Part shown: positions 24,601 through 40,640 of the stretch, piece after piece
Layout: every line of letters begins with the position of its first letter
Position numbering within the stretch: the stretch's first letter is position 1
DNA from: Oopsacas minuta
Lineage: Eukaryota; Animalia; Porifera
Assembly: GCA_024704765.1 (NCBI GenBank)
Contig: JAKMXF010000303.1
Span: forward strand, 329,897-393,896
Direction: 5' to 3'
Length of the DNA: 64,000 nt
The notes under the pieces: generated by a model
The model's input: only the letters and a program-made list of their open reading frames with translations
Databases searched by the model: none
Told to the model about the DNA's origin: nothing
Translations under genes and position numbers: made by a program

Positions 24601-26658
24601 TTGAAGGACCAGCTGGACAACCTGGAAATGACGTAAGTAGCTATAGTATAACTGGTGGATTACTCAATGGTATACTGTAGTCGGATATTAAGATTATAAC
24701 GTATTTAGGGACCACAAGGAAACCCAGGTACACCCGGTATTAACGGACCAAGAGGAGAACAAGTGAGTTATCAATTAATTGTGAAATGAGTAATAATGAA
24801 ATATACCAATTTATTATATATCGTGTAATTCAGGGACAACAAGGACCTCCTGGAGATACCGGTTTAACAGGACCACAAGGTGCAGATGGACTACAAGGAC
24901 CGCAGGTGCATATTTATCCAATTTAATCATATTACAAGTGAACAAATATAGCTGTTTTAATGACATTTATGTTTCTTATAGGGAGCTACCGGAGATAACG
25001 TAAGTAACATCGTAACCAAGAGTATTAAATGGAATATATATACGTAGATTATTTGATGGTATAAGAGGATCATTTCGAACCTAATTTGGGAAATTTAAAG
25101 ATTATTTATAACATATATTAATAGTCACAATAACTTATCTATTTCTTTAGGGCCCAGCAGGACCAAAAGGAGATCGTGGATTACAAGTAAGTATTTAATA
25201 AAAATACATACGACATTTGTTACAAATTGACGGTCTCTTTGAACAATAATTCAGTAATAAATATCAACAGAAGTTCATTATATCATGAAATAAACAATAA
25301 ATTTACATATGAGAAGCTTTACAATACGAAATTCGGATTGGATACACTTCAGACAGACAATTGAGATTTAATAATATAATAATATTTATATACTGTTATA
25401 CAATAGGGTGTAGCTGGACCACCTGGACCAAGTGGAGCATCTTCGGTAAGTATAAACTTTTATCGTTAATTTTAACTATTAATATTAAAATAAATGTACA
25501 CATTATGAAAGGAAACAAATATGAACCTATCATCCATTGATAAATATTTACAACTTACTATGATTCTAGGATCCTGGACAAACAGGCGGTAGCTCATCAA
25601 CTAAGGGAAATTTCTACGCTAGTTTGAATGTAGAAGAAGATTGCATGACAGAGTTGACAACTAATCTAGCACAAGAGGGTGCCAACCAAGTCGGTATAAT
25701 AAACCTAGTCATTGAGAGATTGGTAGTAAAGAATGGAGAGAGTAAATGCTCTGCATTCAGAAGTTGTAGAGACTTGCATACAAAGGAGAAGATAACTAAG
25801 AAAGTATGGGTTGACCCAAGCGCCTCTGCTAGCGGTATATATGCCTACAGAGCTATTTGTGATCAACAAAACGAGAACTGTACTGAAATAGTGAAATCAG
25901 AGGTAAGGAAATAGTGACAACACATTTCATATATAAAAATACTAAATAGTATAATGACCAATTAAACTCAATGGTGCATTGGTCATTATGGTGTTGATAT
26001 TTGTGTTTAGTACGCATATACTATATATGCGACACTCAATGCCAAAATGAGCGCTTTCCAAAATACTGTGAGAAACGCTGCATATATAAATAGCACTTGG
26101 TAATACCGTAGATCAGAAATTTTTCGTTAGTTTACTGTAAACCACAAAAATAGAAATAATATTCTTGATCTATAGGTGGAAGCCCTAAGGTATGTAGTAT
26201 GGAAGCTACGAACCCGCTATCATCAAAATCTGTATTTACCATAAAATTTCCATATCTATGGTATTCGCAGTTTATTGTAGCAGCATAAATACCAGTTGAA
26301 TTAATACTGTTAAGTTGTAGCATTTAAATAAAATCCCATCGTTTAGATTGAACAGACAATATACCAAGTTCAAAAGAAATTTTTGCTCCTACTATACGCT
26401 GATTCAATACAAACCTACAGCACGGAGTGTAGTAAAAACCTGGTAGCTGCAAACAAAAATTCCTTCGAAGGGCAAGTTCAAGTCCTGCAGGCCCAGAAGG
26501 TGTTTAATGTAAACACCTGTGAAGAATTGATAGCAAAAATGAAAACGTTTCAATGTAAAAATGGAATGAGAGATTTTATCATAAAATCGGAAACGAAACT
26601 TGTTCCATCTATCGATTCGTGTGTGGACTTCTCCAGCGTAAAGGAATCTTTCTGTTAA
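15700..26658 (+). CDS. Fibrillar collagen alpha chain B (multi-exon; signal peptide, TSPN/LamG, minor helix, major helix, divergent COLFI)
   Basis: Exons 15700-15722 and 16240-16322 splice to [25 protein letters not shown]; TSPN exon in ORF 17098..17607; many Gly-X-Y exons from 18.6 to 25.4 kb; COLFI motifs RSCRDL, VWVDPS, AIC...[23 protein letters not shown]; stop at 26656-26658. Confidence 0.93.
16745..16837 (-). mobile_element. 5' part of a Helitron-like element in collagen B intron 2
   Basis: Reverse complement A|TCTCGATTGTTGTT(GTTT)n then CCGAATTTCGCACTTTCAAGTTT, a module shared with 42200. Confidence 0.55.
17993..18262. mobile_element. pogo/Tc1-type MITE in a collagen B intron
   Basis: TA|CAGTCGAAATC ... 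GATTTCGACTG|TA. Confidence 0.75.
25290..25366 (-). mobile_element. Truncated Helitron-like element in a collagen B intron
   Basis: Reverse complement AAA|TCTCAATTGTCTGTC...AATCCGAATTTCG...CTCATATGTAAATTTATTG. Confidence 0.55.
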
Positions 26659-27544
26659 ACTTTTTTGCATTTAACTAATTTTATATTTTGTATATTCATG
26701 TTATTACAGTTTTTTGGTGTTAAGGGAGGATCTGAATGTTATCTGTTTGTAAACAACATTCGTTTTGTTAACATGAGTAGAATAATTTGCTACTCATCCA
26801 TTCATTAGAATTGTATGTATACAGCTTAATTAATTAAACTTATTAATCTTTGTATGTGTCTAACTTTATTAAAATTGATTGTGTATAACAAAAGAGGAGG
26901 ATTATTTCTCATTAGAAGGAAGGATAAAATTAAATGTTGAATAATGTGTGATCAGATATCAGTTACAATCACTACTAGTGACACATAAAAGTCGAAATTC
27001 AGGGCCATAATAAGTAGAGTCTACTAAATTTGTCAAAACTAAAAAATATATAATTTCATTCACTATAAATCTCAGTTTAGTATTGCACCTAGACAAACCC
27101 CTATTACCCCTGACATGGTATGATGTGATAGCTGATAGCTAAAAAGTTTTGAAAACTTCCATACTCCAGCTGCAATATCGGCTCCAAAATTATAAATCAA
27201 ATTTCATATTAACTGATTAACTAGATTCCCGGGATCGCGTAAGTGGACTAATGTCACACATCAATATCATCTTTACCAGTTGGGTATCTTTGGTATAGGA
27301 ATTACACTATAATGTGCTCATACTTGTATTTGTGATATTTGGTTTCATCTTGTTAAGTTGAAAACTTTCCAATTGAAATTGGCTCAAAAATATTTCTACT
27401 TGAGTATTCTTAATGTGTTAAGTTAAATATTCGATAAAAGTTCAAGAACAATAATAGAAATCACTACAATAATATGCAAATAGTTTATGTCCTACCCTTA
27501 CTTATAACACACACATATTGGTATGTACAATTTATCAATTGCGT

Positions 27545-28585
27545 TTAAGTATAGTCAATCTTGAACAAGAGCTTCAATACGATAATACCACTATTGTTAT
27601 AGTCTTGACCTAATAGTACGCTGGAAGGAATATCTAGAACAGAAATGCTACCACCAAACTGAAATGTATTAGACTTTCTAACCCAATTCTTACTTGTATT
27701 GTGTCCATTAAGAAGTATAGCTTTACAGATTACTTTTAGGTCCATAAGGATTGAATCCTTTTCCTTTTCTGTAGAATTTAAGTTGAGAGAGATAGTTTTG
27801 GAATCAATTAACACTAGCTGAGGAATAAGAGTATACGAGTCTAGCTCGAATTTAGGACCAATAAAAGTATTTCTATCTAATAGGTTGAATTGTGAATTCA
27901 ATACACGTGAAGAAGATTTGTTAGGGCTAGCTTCCAACTGAAGTAATTTCATTTTGATCATTTCCCTATTCTTTATTTTCCATACAATTCCATTAAATTT
28001 CATAAACTCCCTCTCTTCTGACATAATATTTATACGATCTTGCAAATTCTGAATCGCTATAGCTTGCTGTTCCCTATCTGTTTCTAATAGTTCTATCCTG
28101 TTTAACATGAATATACTCATCAATTCATTGTGGTACTCCCTCCCATCTACCTTGTGTCGCTCCATCTCCCCTCTCTTCTCATTCTTTCCACACCCGTACA
28201 TCGAGTAAGGACATTGTACTATTAAGCGGTCACACTCGTCTAGATGTTGAGGTATCTCCGCCACTGTCCCCTCCCATCTACACCCCCTAAACTTCAGAGG
28301 ACACCTACATGTCAGTATTGATATCATGGTTCTGACAGCTCCTACAGGTAGAGCTCCTTCTCCCACCCCCACACACGCCTCACAAACCATAGCTCCTCCT
28401 CCTCCTATGTTACAAGCTTCTCGCATGATGCCTGAGCACTTGGAGCAAATTAGCAACGTTTGTTCCATAAAACTTAGAGTTTTTGTGATTAACTCTCTCT
28501 TATAACCACCGTATGTGTTCAATATACCCACCACTGGGGTTAGAGCTAATTTCTCTTTACTATCAATCACTTTACAAGTCGCCAT
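27545..28585 (-). CDS. TRAF-like protein (degenerate RING, TRAF zinc fingers, coiled coil, MATH-like domain), intronless
   Basis: CSKC-x7-C-x9-CEAC; CPLKFRGCRWEG..HLDEC..CPYSMYGC..H; coiled coil; GIVWKI..GPKF. Confidence 0.85.
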   Translation of the reverse strand: MATCKVIDSKEKLALTPVVGILNTYGGYKRELITKTLSFMEQTLLICSKCSGIMREACNIGGGGAMVCEACVGVGEGALPVGAVRTMISILTCRCPLKFRGCRWEGTVAEIPQHLDECDRLIVQCPYSMYGCGKNEKRGEMERHKVDGREYHNELMSIFMLNRIELLETDREQQAIAIQNLQDRINIMSEEREFMKFNGIVWKIKNREMIKMKLLQLEASPNKSSSRVLNSQFNLLDRNTFIGPKFELDSYTLIPQLVLIDSKTISLNLNSTEKEKDSILMDLKVICKAILLNGHNTSKNWVRKSNTFQFGGSISVLDIPSSVLLGQDYNNSGIIVLKLLFKIDYT

Positions 28586-29000
28586 TTTGAACGAATAGAC
28601 ATATACAATTCTGTTTGTATTTCAATTCATTCTGACCTATACGAGACATATAAAATCATAATACATGCATAACCAAGAGTCATGTGACAAGTGGATATAA
28701 GATAGCCCATAAGCCATGGATAGCCACCAGAAGCACGTATATTAATCAGTTGCCTCTGTTTGAAAAACACACATGACTTACTAAATTATATGTTTTCTAG
28801 ACGCTAAATGAATTCCGCGGTAATTTTGTGCTTTAGGTCCGTATTTTTCTAAATTGGGTGAAAAATGTAGTTTGATCTGAGGTCAGAAGCCCGCGAATAG
28901 TTGAGCTTCTGGCTTCGGGTCTATACATTAGGGTTCCGAATAAACCGGCCATTAAATTTTGAAATAATTTGGTTTAATCCCATATATCTATATTGTTAAA

Positions 29001-29453
29001 TCACAATTGTTGTTTGTTTGTTTGTTTGTCCGTTGTCAAGGAAAGGATTTACGGTATGCAATTTTGAAATTGTCTCATAACTATGTATTTATTGTGTTTA
29101 TAAAGGAAGTAAATAGAATTCAATAAAACTTCACTAAATATAGCGAACATGCTAAATCCGATTTTCACACTTTTGGATTAATCATATGTAAATTTATTGT
29201 TGTTGTGTTTTTTAAGTAAACAAATTAGCAAAGTCTCAAAAGTTACGTAGATACTTGCTCTCAACGGCTACATAGGGGGTTGATCTTACAAGATAATTCA
29301 ATAACATATATGCCATATACGTAAATTTGTGAATTACATCATTATAAATATATCTTTATAATAATACTCAAAGGGGCGGTCAATTTGGAGAATAATGGAT
29401 ACCTCAAGGCGTAATGCGCCGAGTCCATTGCGAAGCGACGAACCAAAGGCTCG
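29001..29453 (+). mobile_element. Non-autonomous Helitron-like element
   Basis: A|TCACAATTGTT(GTTT)nGTCCGTTGTCAAGG...GCGAAGCGACGAACCAAAGGCTCG|T; first ~270 bp closely match 41915-42170. Confidence 0.7.
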
Positions 29454-30268
29454 TTTAATTAAAATTATCATTGAAATTTGTATTCAATCACACTTTCTGA
29501 CTGTACGATTTCTTGAATCAATTTTTCATTCAATTTTAGAACATATTCTAAACTATGCTTTAGATATGCGTCGGGCCGGGCTCGGGCTGGAAATCGAGAA
29601 TCTATCCAATCCTTGATTTCCACTCTCCACGGCTCAAAATAATGTTTTTGGTATCAGATAAAGCCCGATTAGCCAGGTTCAGGGCCTGACGTAAGTCTCC
29701 GGGTGGCCAAAAGAGCAGGAGAAAATTTCCGATGCCCACGATCGTTGGTTATCAATATGTATTATTTGCTGACCTAATTAACAAATCCCCAAACAACTCA
29801 AATCCAAGTTTTCAGATCTTTAGCCCTGATATAACTACTCATTTCAATTTCTATGAAAACCGTACTAAGAGTATCGAGAGCCAGCACCTCTACAAAGTTA
29901 ATTCTAATACCACTAAATATTCAAGGACTCCTATCAAATTTAACATAATAGAGAACATATCGTAGTAAGTGATGTGTGTTTCGGACAAAAAGGGGCAACA
30001 AATGCTCCCTATATAGTATGAAGTATAAATTCAGGTTGATACTATGCTTGTTGTCATGTTGTAAAACTTAATTACCACTCTATTGAAGTATAATAATGAC
30101 AACACATCCTAACAATGGATTATAATATTGTATTAATGACCTAATCTGAAAAAATAAAAGGTAATTGTAAGAGAATATGTAAGTATTCGTAGGCCTTAGA
30201 ATTATCCGGGCTTCAGTAAGTAATTCATAAAAGATAGAAGGTATTACAAAATGTAGAATTGAAGTAGA

Positions 30269-31366
30269 ATGGCTACAAGAACAGGTTCAGGACTAGGATT
30301 AGACAAGAAGGATGACTTAATGCTAAACTTCTCACTAGCAGAGAGTAGTAATAATCTAGTGTATCATGGATATAAGAGGGAGTTTATTACTCAACAGCTA
30401 AGTGCTATGGAAGAAGCGTTGGCTGTTTGCTCTAAGTGTTCTGGTATACTAAGAGATGCTTGTAACATAAGAGAAGGAGAGGTTATGGTTTGTGAGGCAT
30501 GTGTAGGGGTGGAAGAGGGAGCTCAACCTGTAGGAGCAGTCAGGATCATGGTATCAAATCTGAGATGTAGGTGTCCTCTGAAACACAGGGGGTGCAGATG
30601 GGAGGGGACAGTGGGACAGATGGGACAACATCTAAACGAGTGTGACCACTTAATGGTGCTTTGTCCATACTCGGCGTATGGGTGTGGAAAAGAGTTGCAG
30701 AGAGAAGAGTTTGAAATGCACAGGAGAGAAGGGAAGGAGTATCACAATGAGTTGATGAGTATATTCATGGCAGAGAGAGTAGAACGACAAGCAGTAGAGA
30801 TTAAGAAATTACAAGTTTCAATAAATGAACTAATCGAAGAGAGGAAATATCTGAGGGTGAATGGGGTAGTGTGGCGGATTAAGGACTGTGAAAGTATAAA
30901 AGAGAAAATATCAATATTCACCCGTTCATCAGAAATTATTTCTTATAGAGAATCTATTTGCACTGATCCTATTTCACCAATCTCAAATCAAGATGATAAA
31001 GTAATGAAGGAGGGGAAAATTAAACAAAATAAATGCTATAAGGGCCCTAAGTTCGTATTAGGACCTTGGTATGTAGTCAGTCTTCAACTGTTGATAGACA
31101 AAACCTCTGGAGAAGTTTCTCTCAATTTACTCTCAGATAAATCAAATGTCAAAGAGAAGCACTTGAAATGGCCTCTACAAGGAAAATGCAAGGTAATAAT
31201 CCTCAACCAGCAGAATGCTGATACAAACTGGAGATTGGAGACTGATACGTTTGAGCTGAGTCGTGAAGGAACTGTGAAATTGACAAGTATACCTTCTGGT
31301 ATTATATCAGCTGATGAGTACAATGGTACAATCATATTGAAGGTGCTCTTCGATATAGAGCAATAA
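30269..31366 (+). CDS. TRAF-like protein, paralog of 27545..28585, intronless
   Basis: Same Cys spacing and zinc fingers; GVVWRI, GPKF and LKWPLQGKCKVIILNQ MATH-like motifs. Confidence 0.85.
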   Translation: MATRTGSGLGLDKKDDLMLNFSLAESSNNLVYHGYKREFITQQLSAMEEALAVCSKCSGILRDACNIREGEVMVCEACVGVEEGAQPVGAVRIMVSNLRCRCPLKHRGCRWEGTVGQMGQHLNECDHLMVLCPYSAYGCGKELQREEFEMHRREGKEYHNELMSIFMAERVERQAVEIKKLQVSINELIEERKYLRVNGVVWRIKDCESIKEKISIFTRSSEIISYRESICTDPISPISNQDDKVMKEGKIKQNKCYKGPKFVLGPWYVVSLQLLIDKTSGEVSLNLLSDKSNVKEKHLKWPLQGKCKVIILNQQNADTNWRLETDTFELSREGTVKLTSIPSGIISADEYNGTIILKVLFDIEQ

Positions 31367-32217
31367 ATACTGCCACTTTACATACTTCTAATATGCTCAG
31401 ATTATCCTCGATCATCCTCATATATAACAACGTAAACGTAGTATATAGCTCAGGGTACAAACTCAGTAATTGAATTATATCTCTTGGTGTATTGGTATAT
31501 GGAAAGTGGATTTGTATTTATTTTGTTAAGTGCTCAGACCCCTATTTTTGTTTATTTATAAATGATGAATACCAAATTCTATTAAAATATTTGTTTACGA
31601 GAAATACTACGTATGTTCGTTGTTTTAAAGTATAGAAAATATGTACAAAGGTCGCTTGTCGTATTTCGCGGAATCTCCATTGGTGCCAAAGATAACTGTC
31701 TCTTACAATTCATAGTAACCCCGTTGCAAAGTCCACAATATATGATACAGCATTGTTGCAAGCAAAAAAGGTTTCTCGATGCAACAATGTTGATTGTTGA
31801 ACTAAATATAATTATCACATACTATTTCCATGTACTTAATATCCCAACATGCACGATACAACAATGTTGCGTTATGTATGAATGTACTAGTACGGTGGTG
31901 ATAGAGTCTTTAGATAGGGATTTAGTATTAATAAGTTCGGGTCCTCCCAATCACTTTAGCATTAAGATAATCTCCTACCCACTTCAAGTTATAGAAGTAC
32001 TTACCTGGATATTGAACCAGATTAGTGAAGAGTGCTAATTCTATTTGGATCGTAATAGTGAATAACCAAGGAAGAAAGGTGTATAATAAAGTCCAACTAA
32101 CAATTCGATAGATAAGGAGAGATAACGAATACGAAAAATAATAGATTGCGATAGCATCCCCAGTCCTATAGCATGTATCAGTTATTCCTGAGTCCCGATG
32201 AGTTATCTATAATTAAT

Positions 32218-32550
32218 TCTCAATTTGTGTGTGTGTGTGTCACGCTCCCATATAGAAAACAAATAGGTTCAGTTCATAAAGTCCAGAGCCAAATATTACA
32301 CGACATAACAACAACAAAACAACATTGTACTGGGGTAATCGAGTATGCTGAATACAAAAATGATATTGTAAACAACACTTCATAAATATTTGTTCACTTT
32401 TGGGGTCATAAAGTAAGCAGATTTAAAGATAATGGTAATATCATGTTTGCTACGGTTAAGATTATGAGTTTATGTACTCGAGGGCCGTAGGCCCGAGTGT
32501 GGACACGAAGTGTTCGCAACCGCGTAGCACGAGCAAGCGAAGCGCGCTAG
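32218..32550 (+). mobile_element. Non-autonomous Helitron-like element
   Basis: TCTCAATT(TG)n 5' end; 3' GCAAGCGAAGCGCGCTAG|T; 3' half near-identical to 42305-42522. Confidence 0.7.
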
Positions 32551-32681
32551 TATTAATTAATTAATTAGCTAAGATAAATGTCAGTATTCCAATGAATCAA
32601 ATTATCCCTGACAAATAGTTTAATTAAGTGATCAAAAGTGAAATTATACAAAATTAATATTATTCTAAGTAAAATTTTTTA

Positions 32682-33482
32682 CTATAAATTTGCACAATTC
32701 TCTTTGATATCCCCAAATTCCTCAATCAATCTGTTAGCTTCTGAAACTCTGTTCTGTCTATTCAAAATAATAAATGCTATTTTCACTGCTTCATGAGTGA
32801 ATCTCCACTCACTCAATTTAAGCTTGGCCAATAATTCTCTTGCTTCCATCATCAAAGCAGTACTACCCTCACATACATGAGCGAATGCACCTATAGCTAT
32901 AGCCTGACCTGTGATAGGAGAGAACACCTGCTCGAGTAGCTCATAGGCATCAAGAGCAAGTTCAAATTCCTGCTCCTTCAGCAAACTGTCCATTAGTATT
33001 GAAATAGGATAACTAGAAGGGAAAAGTGCAAATTCGGGATGTTGAAAAATATCAAGTGCCAATTCTGATGAATTCAATCTAATTAGTGTACGTATCAGTG
33101 CAAGGGGGAGACCTGGTATTTGAGGGAATACTGTGTTATGATATTTTCGCACAAAATCAAGAAAAGTTTCAATTTCAACGACGCTGTTACAAGCGTTTAC
33201 TAGGTTTATCATATGTCCTGGACTTAATGAACGATCTTCAAACCCAGCCTTAACAACGGCCAAACATTCATGGAATGCTTCTGGGGGAAGTTGCGGTACA
33301 AAACTAGGTATAAGACCGGTGTAGCCAAGAATATGTTTAGTTTTACCAAAGTAGAAGGGAGAAGTCTGTTCCTCCTGGTGTATATCAGCTTGAGAATGAG
33401 ATCTGAGTGGAGAATAAACTGGAGTGGAAGAGAGATATCGATAACTGGTCCTACTTACAGACCTCATTACAGTAGATATCAT
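32682..33482 (-). CDS. Mitochondrial helical-repeat (PPR-like, PTCD2/MRPS27-like) protein
   Basis: Arg/Ser-rich, acid-free N-terminal presequence; PPR-like segment LALDIFQHPEFALFPSSYPISILMDSLLKEQEFELALDAYE; intronless 266 aa. Confidence 0.55.
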   Translation of the reverse strand: MISTVMRSVSRTSYRYLSSTPVYSPLRSHSQADIHQEEQTSPFYFGKTKHILGYTGLIPSFVPQLPPEAFHECLAVVKAGFEDRSLSPGHMINLVNACNSVVEIETFLDFVRKYHNTVFPQIPGLPLALIRTLIRLNSSELALDIFQHPEFALFPSSYPISILMDSLLKEQEFELALDAYELLEQVFSPITGQAIAIGAFAHVCEGSTALMMEARELLAKLKLSEWRFTHEAVKIAFIILNRQNRVSEANRLIEEFGDIKENCANL

Positions 33483-33673
33483 TTCGTTTTGGTAATAATG
33501 CTGAATAACGGACTAGTAGTGAAACGAACGAATGCATATAACCCAGTTTCACAAAAAAAGTTATACAGTATGTCAATTAATAATGCAAATTGATAATGTA
33601 TGTATATCCAAAATAAACAGCACACACAAAATTGACAATCTAACAAACAAGCTATAAATTGATTCTATCAGGT

Positions 33674-37585
<3,912 letters not shown>

Positions 37586-37768
37586 AGACCTTAGCTAGTA
37601 GTGAGGAGAAGACAGTCAGTAATATAGTATAGAGCTAGTTGCATAGTAGATTTGACGTCATTCCCAGTACGTATGTAGTGTTATGAATAAGTTGAAGCGA
37701 TAATTAATAATTATAGGTTGTAAATAAATAATAAGAAGATAAAATTGAACAGCTGGGGGAGTAACCAG

Positions 37769-39950
37769 TTATGATATTAAGTGTGAGTAGGAGAGGTTCT
37801 TCTGATACCCTCTTGGCCCATTCCCCAATCTATGGAATAGTTCAGTAGAATTAACAATCTCATTGAATCCTTTCTTCCCAGATTGCTCCTTGATCGTGTC
37901 TCTTAATAATTCTGTCATGTCTGCGATCTGTTTGGACTCTCTCGCTTCTAGACTACGTCGTTTATCTCTGATGCTAACTCTCTGCTCCTTGCCTTCTAAT
38001 TCTCTAGCTACTGATCTCCTCCACTCAAATTCATTCTCCCTGACCTGAGATATTCTCTCTTGATGTGATTCAGCTCTGCTTCTACGCTTCTCATTCAGAC
38101 TCCTAGTTCTAGTGAGTAGACTGTCTCTCAGCTTAACCTCTGCTACTCCCTCTCTCTCTCTCCTTTTATTCTCTTGTTCCTGTATCCACTCGTCTCGACC
38201 TTCTTCTTGCTGTCTCAAGGATAATTGCTGTTGGAAGGTTTTCAAACACTCTTTCTCTCTTTTAGCTTTATAAGCACTAGAAATAGAATCTCTCTGTGTT
38301 AACTGACGTATCTCAGCAGCTCCCATCTTATCTTCCATCTTATATTTATTCAGTTCTCTAGCTCTCTCTGCAGCACTACGTGTGTGTAGCTGTGCTAGTC
38401 TGCTTCTAGCCTCCCACACTAAATTTCTATATCCAGCTCTCTGTTTCTTATCCAGCACATACTCTTGTTTGTTATCTTCACTTTTGAGAGCAGATTCACT
38501 GAGACAGGTGTCTAGCTTATGTTTGTCATTTTGCTTTTTCAGCTCACTAACACGTAGTCTGTGTTCCTGTAATCTCTTCTTAACACCTCTGTCACTCCGT
38601 GATAGCTCTAAAGTCTGTCTCTTAACTCTATCTCTCCGCTCCATAGCAGCTCTGTGTCTATCCTCAGATTCCCTCATTCTCTTCTCTTTCTCATTCCGTC
38701 TGTTACGGTCATCCATCTCTCTACTCCTACGAGACATGTTCTCTTCTAATTCATAAGCAGAGCGAATAGAAGCAAGATTCTTTTGGTGTATTTCCTCCCT
38801 TTTCGTCCTATCCACTACTGTCTGAGCACGTTGTTTCTCCCACAGAGAACTCCAATAGTGTCTCAGTGACTGTGCATATTCCTCTTCTACGGATTGATGT
38901 AGCATTGTATTTATACCCTTCTTTTCTCTCTCAGGTATCCTTACCAAACCTATAAATTAAACTAGCTAAACCACTCGAGTTTATTTTCAGCAGTAATCGG
39001 GAGATATTATTACTTATCTCCCTGTCTCAGAACAACAGATGAGATCTTATACCGTGAGATTGAACATCAGTTATACAGATTATCTCTGGATAAATTTTCT
39101 CTATTGGAATTAAAGTACTTATTTCAAATATATTAATTCTACCTTTTCGTGACATGAGTGTACCAGTTAGTGAGAAGTCAGGAGATAGGATTCTGTGTTC
39201 TCGTGTTGAAATAGGACGAGTAGCAAGTGACCGGGCGTTAGGTTTAGCATTGACAGCACCTGCTGATGTTTGAAGATTAGGACTACTGTCAGAACGAATG
39301 AATTTAGTGCTATCATCTTTCCCTCTTCTTAAAGAAAGGTTGGAATTCTGTTCTTTATTTTTCTTATTTCTATAATTCTCAATGATTATCTGATCTCTTT
39401 CTCTTCGTGCTAGCTCTAATCTATCACAACGCTCTTTCTCCAGCTCCTCCCACACAGCATAGCAGGCATCTGTACTCGTCTCATATACAGGCTCTGAGTG
39501 CTCTCGTGTAGGAAGGAAATATATTTCTAGAGAATGTAAATACATTAGAACCTCGTTAATACGTAAACGAGCGTACCAATTTGTACTTCTTATCCAGAAA
39601 TTCGTATTAACCGTGTTCGTACTAACTAACGAGGTTCTGTATATTACAAATAATATATAAAACTTAATAATTCTGACAAACTTCATTCGATTTTCCCGAA
39701 ATTTGGGATAATCCTTAACAAAACTACGTATACTAGTCATAAATAAGTCGTTTAGCATTACACCTTGTGTTTCATAATGTTTGTAAATATCTTTCATGAC
39801 TTGCGAGAGTGTACGAGGTAACAAATCAACAGGTTTTACACCAACCCTTTTACAAGCTTGTAGAGACCGAGGACTAGTCAGTACGAATCTGCTATCTTTG
39901 CAATCTTCATTGAGAAAATTAGTCAGAGATATATTTGGAATAGAACTCAT
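37769..39950 (-). CDS. CCDC177/DUF4659-like coiled-coil protein (probably 3 exons)
   Basis: N-terminal RFVLTSPRSLQACKRVGVKPVDLL motif typical of CCDC177; EELEKERCDRLELARRER; long E/R/K-rich coiled coil in ORF 37769..38947, joined through a phase-1 acceptor near 38950. Confidence 0.75.
39543..39640. mobile_element. ~100-bp deletion derivative of the 40641 MITE
   Basis: TA|CATTAGAACCTCGTTAATACG ... GTGTTCGTACTAACTAACGAGGTTCT; both ends match the 40641..41290 termini. Confidence 0.7.
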
Positions 39951-40230
39951 TCAAAAGTCAATTGAGCTAACCTAATAAAATCACAAATTAATGATCAACT
40001 CTCAGTTATATCGATGTTCAAGGGACTGTCACGCCAAATTTGGTCCCCATAGTCCAATTTGTATCGTCATTTATCTCCGCTATTTGAAGCGAGGATTTGA
40101 ACTCGTGCGTCCAGCATGGTCTACCTCCTTTCTTAATAGTCCCAGAAACTTGGTTTCAATGGTTATACTGGGGAAAAAGTACGCTGATTCTGAACTTTCA
40201 AATTACTAAATTATTGTTGTTTCTATAAAA

Positions 40231-40288
40231 AATTCGAGGCACGAAGTGTTCGCAAAGCCGCACAACGCGAGCAGGCGAAGCACGCTCG
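40231..40288 (+). mobile_element. 3' end of a Helitron-like element
   Basis: CACGAAGTGTTCGCAAAGCCGCACAACGCGAGCAGGCGAAGCACGCTCG|T matches the family 3' terminus. Confidence 0.6.
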
Positions 40289-40640
40289 TATTATGCTAAA
40301 ATATTAAGTTGAAACCGAATCAGTATGGATGAATATCAAAAGTTTGTAAATATAGAAGAAAAGAGAAAAAGAGAAGTATGAGAATCAAACAAAGTAGAAG
40401 GCGAAATATCAAAATATCTGAAAACAATTCTCGTTAGGCTGACACACTACAATAATCCTTTTCTTCATTATCTACTAATTGTAATTCCCATTGGATTGTT
40501 AGATAGAGAAATCTTATGAATCAATTCGCAGAGAGGATTGAATAGTATAGAATTTAGGATCAGAAATAAGAATAATTCTAGAATTATCAATAAAGAAGAA
40601 ACATGGGTCGATAACTTGCATTCCAGGTCCTCTAGATATA

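Noticed and set aside
26176-26189. Possible 14-nt micro-exon in collagen B (TAG|GTGGAAGCCCTAAG|GTATGT)
   Set aside because: Inclusion shifts the last exon out of frame to an early stop
26132-26323. 63-aa antisense ORF inside a collagen B intron
   Set aside because: Short, non-ATG start, no domain; cannot be supported
31440-31500. TAGCTCAG A-box-like motif suggesting a tRNA (also near 61470)
   Set aside because: No B box (GTTCRA) and no cloverleaf
38382-38756. Ser/Leu-rich plus-strand ORFs
   Set aside because: Antisense of the coiled-coil exon
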